Source: Candidatus Poribacteria bacterium (lineage in GTDB: Bacteria > Poribacteria > WGA-4E > WGA-3G). Taken from it: a stretch of 64,000 nucleotides of DNA. Under the pieces are notes generated by a model. The model had not been told where the DNA came from. It made no database searches and was given only the letters and a program-made list of their open reading frames with translations. The position numbers were made by a program, and so were the translations under genes. This document shows, one piece after another, positions 61,869 to 64,000 of this stretch. The stretch's first letter is position 1, and every line of letters starts with the position of its first letter. The stretch spans positions 286,694 through 350,693 of the forward strand of contig OY730443.1 in assembly GCA_963422705.1 (NCBI GenBank), written 5' to 3'.

Positions 61869-63275
61869 ATGCCATCAATACTCATTGTAGACGATGATGC
61901 CGCGCAACTGACGATTTTAAAGCGTATCTTGGAACGGGAAGGATATACGGTGCAGACAGTTGAAGACAGCGCCGAAGTGCTTGTTGCGCTTGAAAAACAG
62001 ATGTTTGACCTGGTTATCAGTGATATGTGGATGTCTTCACGGTTTGCGGGGCGTGCCCTCCTTCGAGAAATCAAACGGAGCGACCCGGACCTGCCGGTAC
62101 TTATCATGACAGCATTCGCGGAACTTAACGATGCCGTAAACCTTGTTGCACACGAAGGTGCCTTCTACTACCTTGAAAAACCAATTCAAATTGATGTGCT
62201 CAAACGTGAGGTAAAGCATGCTTTGCAAATCCGCGGCGCCCTAATTCCTGATAGCCACATGACAAGTGATGAGGAGACTCCGACAATGCATTTTGAGCAT
62301 CTCATTGGGGAAAGCCCAAAAATGCAGATGCTTTTCAAAAACATGAACCGGATTATTCATCGCGGTGTCATGCAGGTTCTCATTACGGGCGAAACAGGGG
62401 TAGGGAAAAGTCTCATTGCGCGACAAATTCATAAATACGGCCCCCGAAAAAGTAAACCGTTTGTCTCAATTAACTGTGGTGCTATCCCGGAGACATTAAT
62501 TGAAAGTGAGCTTTTTGGACATGAGCGAGGGGCGTTTACTGACGCAGTCAAGCAAAAGCAAGGCATGTTTGAGGTTGCTAACCAAGGAATACTCTTCCTT
62601 GATGAAATCGGTGACATGCCCATTCAGACACAGAGTAAACTCTTACACGTGCTGGAGGCGCGAGAAATACGCCGCGTCGGCGGAACCGAGAATATTAAAG
62701 TGGATGTATGTGTGATTGCGGCTACGCACAAGAACTTGATTGAGGCAGTCAGAGATAACACTTTCCGGGAAGACCTCTATTTTCGATTGAACGTGATACC
62801 ACTTCACGTGCCACCGATTCGGGAACGAGCTGAAGATATTCCACTGCTTGTGAATTTCCTAATTCAGAAATTCAGCAGTGAGTATGCCGGGGCACCCTCT
62901 AAACAATTGACACCACAGGCTATGTCTGCTCTCAGGCGCTACCAATGGCCCGGCAATATCCGTCAATTGGAAAATTATCTTCGTCGCATTTTCGTGCTTT
63001 CGGAGAACGAAGTTATTGATGGACAAGAATTGCCATCTGAAATTTTAGATACTTCGCTTCCGCCAATGGACGTTGAATTTGATATACCGGAAGATGGCGT
63101 TTCACTAGAAGGGATTATCAAGGAATATGTGTGTAGTGCGTTGGCGAAGACTAACGGGCGACAAATCAAAGCCGCGCAACTGTTAGGGATTTCGAGGCGG
63201 AAACTTCAGCACCGGATGCAAAAATATGGCATCCAGAGCCAAGATTTCAAGGGGAGTGCAGTGGGGAAGCAATAA
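61869..63275 (+). CDS. sigma54-dependent response regulator (NtrC family)
   Basis: REC domain. AAA+ GETGVGKS. GAFTDA. ESELFGHERGAFT. C-terminal HTH. Confidence 0.9.
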   Translation: MPSILIVDDDAAQLTILKRILEREGYTVQTVEDSAEVLVALEKQMFDLVISDMWMSSRFAGRALLREIKRSDPDLPVLIMTAFAELNDAVNLVAHEGAFYYLEKPIQIDVLKREVKHALQIRGALIPDSHMTSDEETPTMHFEHLIGESPKMQMLFKNMNRIIHRGVMQVLITGETGVGKSLIARQIHKYGPRKSKPFVSINCGAIPETLIESELFGHERGAFTDAVKQKQGMFEVANQGILFLDEIGDMPIQTQSKLLHVLEAREIRRVGGTENIKVDVCVIAATHKNLIEAVRDNTFREDLYFRLNVIPLHVPPIRERAEDIPLLVNFLIQKFSSEYAGAPSKQLTPQAMSALRRYQWPGNIRQLENYLRRIFVLSENEVIDGQELPSEILDTSLPPMDVEFDIPEDGVSLEGIIKEYVCSALAKTNGRQIKAAQLLGISRRKLQHRMQKYGIQSQDFKGSAVGKQ

Positions 63276-63596
63276 TGGGTTAGAAAATGCGAATTGACGT
63301 GCTTTCATAGACGACGGCGCGGCCAACGGGCTCTGTATCGCATTAAACTTGAATGAGAATTTTCCGTGTACGAGGATTCCCGCTTTCGCGATTTGCATTG
63401 TCTTGACAAGTTGTTCGCTGAATTTGATGCGTATTTCTCTTCTTATTTTCAGGGTACCATCATTTTTATCATGGTTCAAATTTTCTGATTGCCCATGCAT
63501 TGCCTGACACCAAACAAACATTAAATTATCTTTTGACATCCCGCTCCATTTGTGTTAAAATGGTTAAGAGTACACAGAATGGAAGGCGGATAGAAT

Positions 63597-64000
63597 ATGG
63601 CTCAAGAAAAAATTCGGGTTGGTATTATTGGGGCGGGAAATAACACGCACGCGAGACATATCCCCGGACTACAGGCAATTCCTGGGGTTGAAATCGTTGG
63701 GGTATGTAATCGCAGCGAAGAATCCTCGCGCCGGGTAGCGGATAAATTCGGTATTCCGAAGACTTACGGCAATTGGCAAGATGCAATCGCGGATGTCGTT
63801 ACAAATGCGATTGTTATTGGAACGTGGCCCTACATGCACTGTCGTGCAACGGTGGCAGCACTCGCAGCTGATAAACACGTGATGTGTGAGGCACGGATGG
63901 CGATGAATGCAAGTGAGGCGCATGCGATGCGTAACGCGGCGCACCAGAAAACAGGGCTCGTGGCACAGATTGTTCCCTCGCCAATGACGCTGAGGGTAGA
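63597..64000 (+). CDS. Gfo/Idh/MocA-family oxidoreductase (5' partial, runs off the window)
   Basis: Rossmann IRVGIIGAGN...H, EKP-like region. Confidence 0.65.
   Translation, partial: MAQEKIRVGIIGAGNNTHARHIPGLQAIPGVEIVGVCNRSEESSRRVADKFGIPKTYGNWQDAIADVVTNAIVIGTWPYMHCRATVAALAADKHVMCEARMAMNASEAHAMRNAAHQKTGLVAQIVPSPMTLRV

Overview
This window is a gene-dense bacterial chromosomal segment of about 50% GC. Housekeeping genes (lysA, queC, metG, holB, tmk, recJ, rel/spoT, rpmB, truD, bioA, glpK, and an NtrC-type two-component pair) are interleaved with accessory content. The accessory content includes four enolase-superfamily (MR/MLE-type) sugar-acid dehydratase paralogs, a sulfatase, a PhyH-family dioxygenase, an alpha/beta-hydrolase, an MFS transporter, and a large single-chain Type ISP restriction-modification enzyme. 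The most striking feature is a family of IS200/IS605-type (TnpB/OMEGA) elements at four loci plus one gene-less solo left end, all sharing a characteristic 'GC-stem/TTTA-loop' subterminal hairpin. Copy B carries an intact tnpB and a tnpA with an in-frame TAA plus a mutated HuH motif; copy C has an in-frame TAG in tnpB; copy A is frameshifted. The tnpA-less copies A and C carry a ~90-nt leader stem-loop with compensatory base changes between the LE promoter and tnpB. The solo LE appears to supply a near-consensus extended -10 promoter to an ABC exporter with an N-terminal bacterial-PH domain, paired with a DUF1854-like gene. Other oddities are a 29-bp identical palindromic insert interrupting two unrelated tnpB pseudogenes, a duplicated gene junction with a poly-A tract next to a pair of secreted or membrane-anchored hypothetical proteins with an 18-bp in-frame minisatellite, a ferric-reductase-like membrane domain fused to a triheme c-type cytochrome, and a 7Fe-ferredoxin fused to a membrane domain. 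No CRISPR arrays, tRNA or rRNA genes were seen. All functional calls rest on motif recognition in the translated ORFs, not on database searches.
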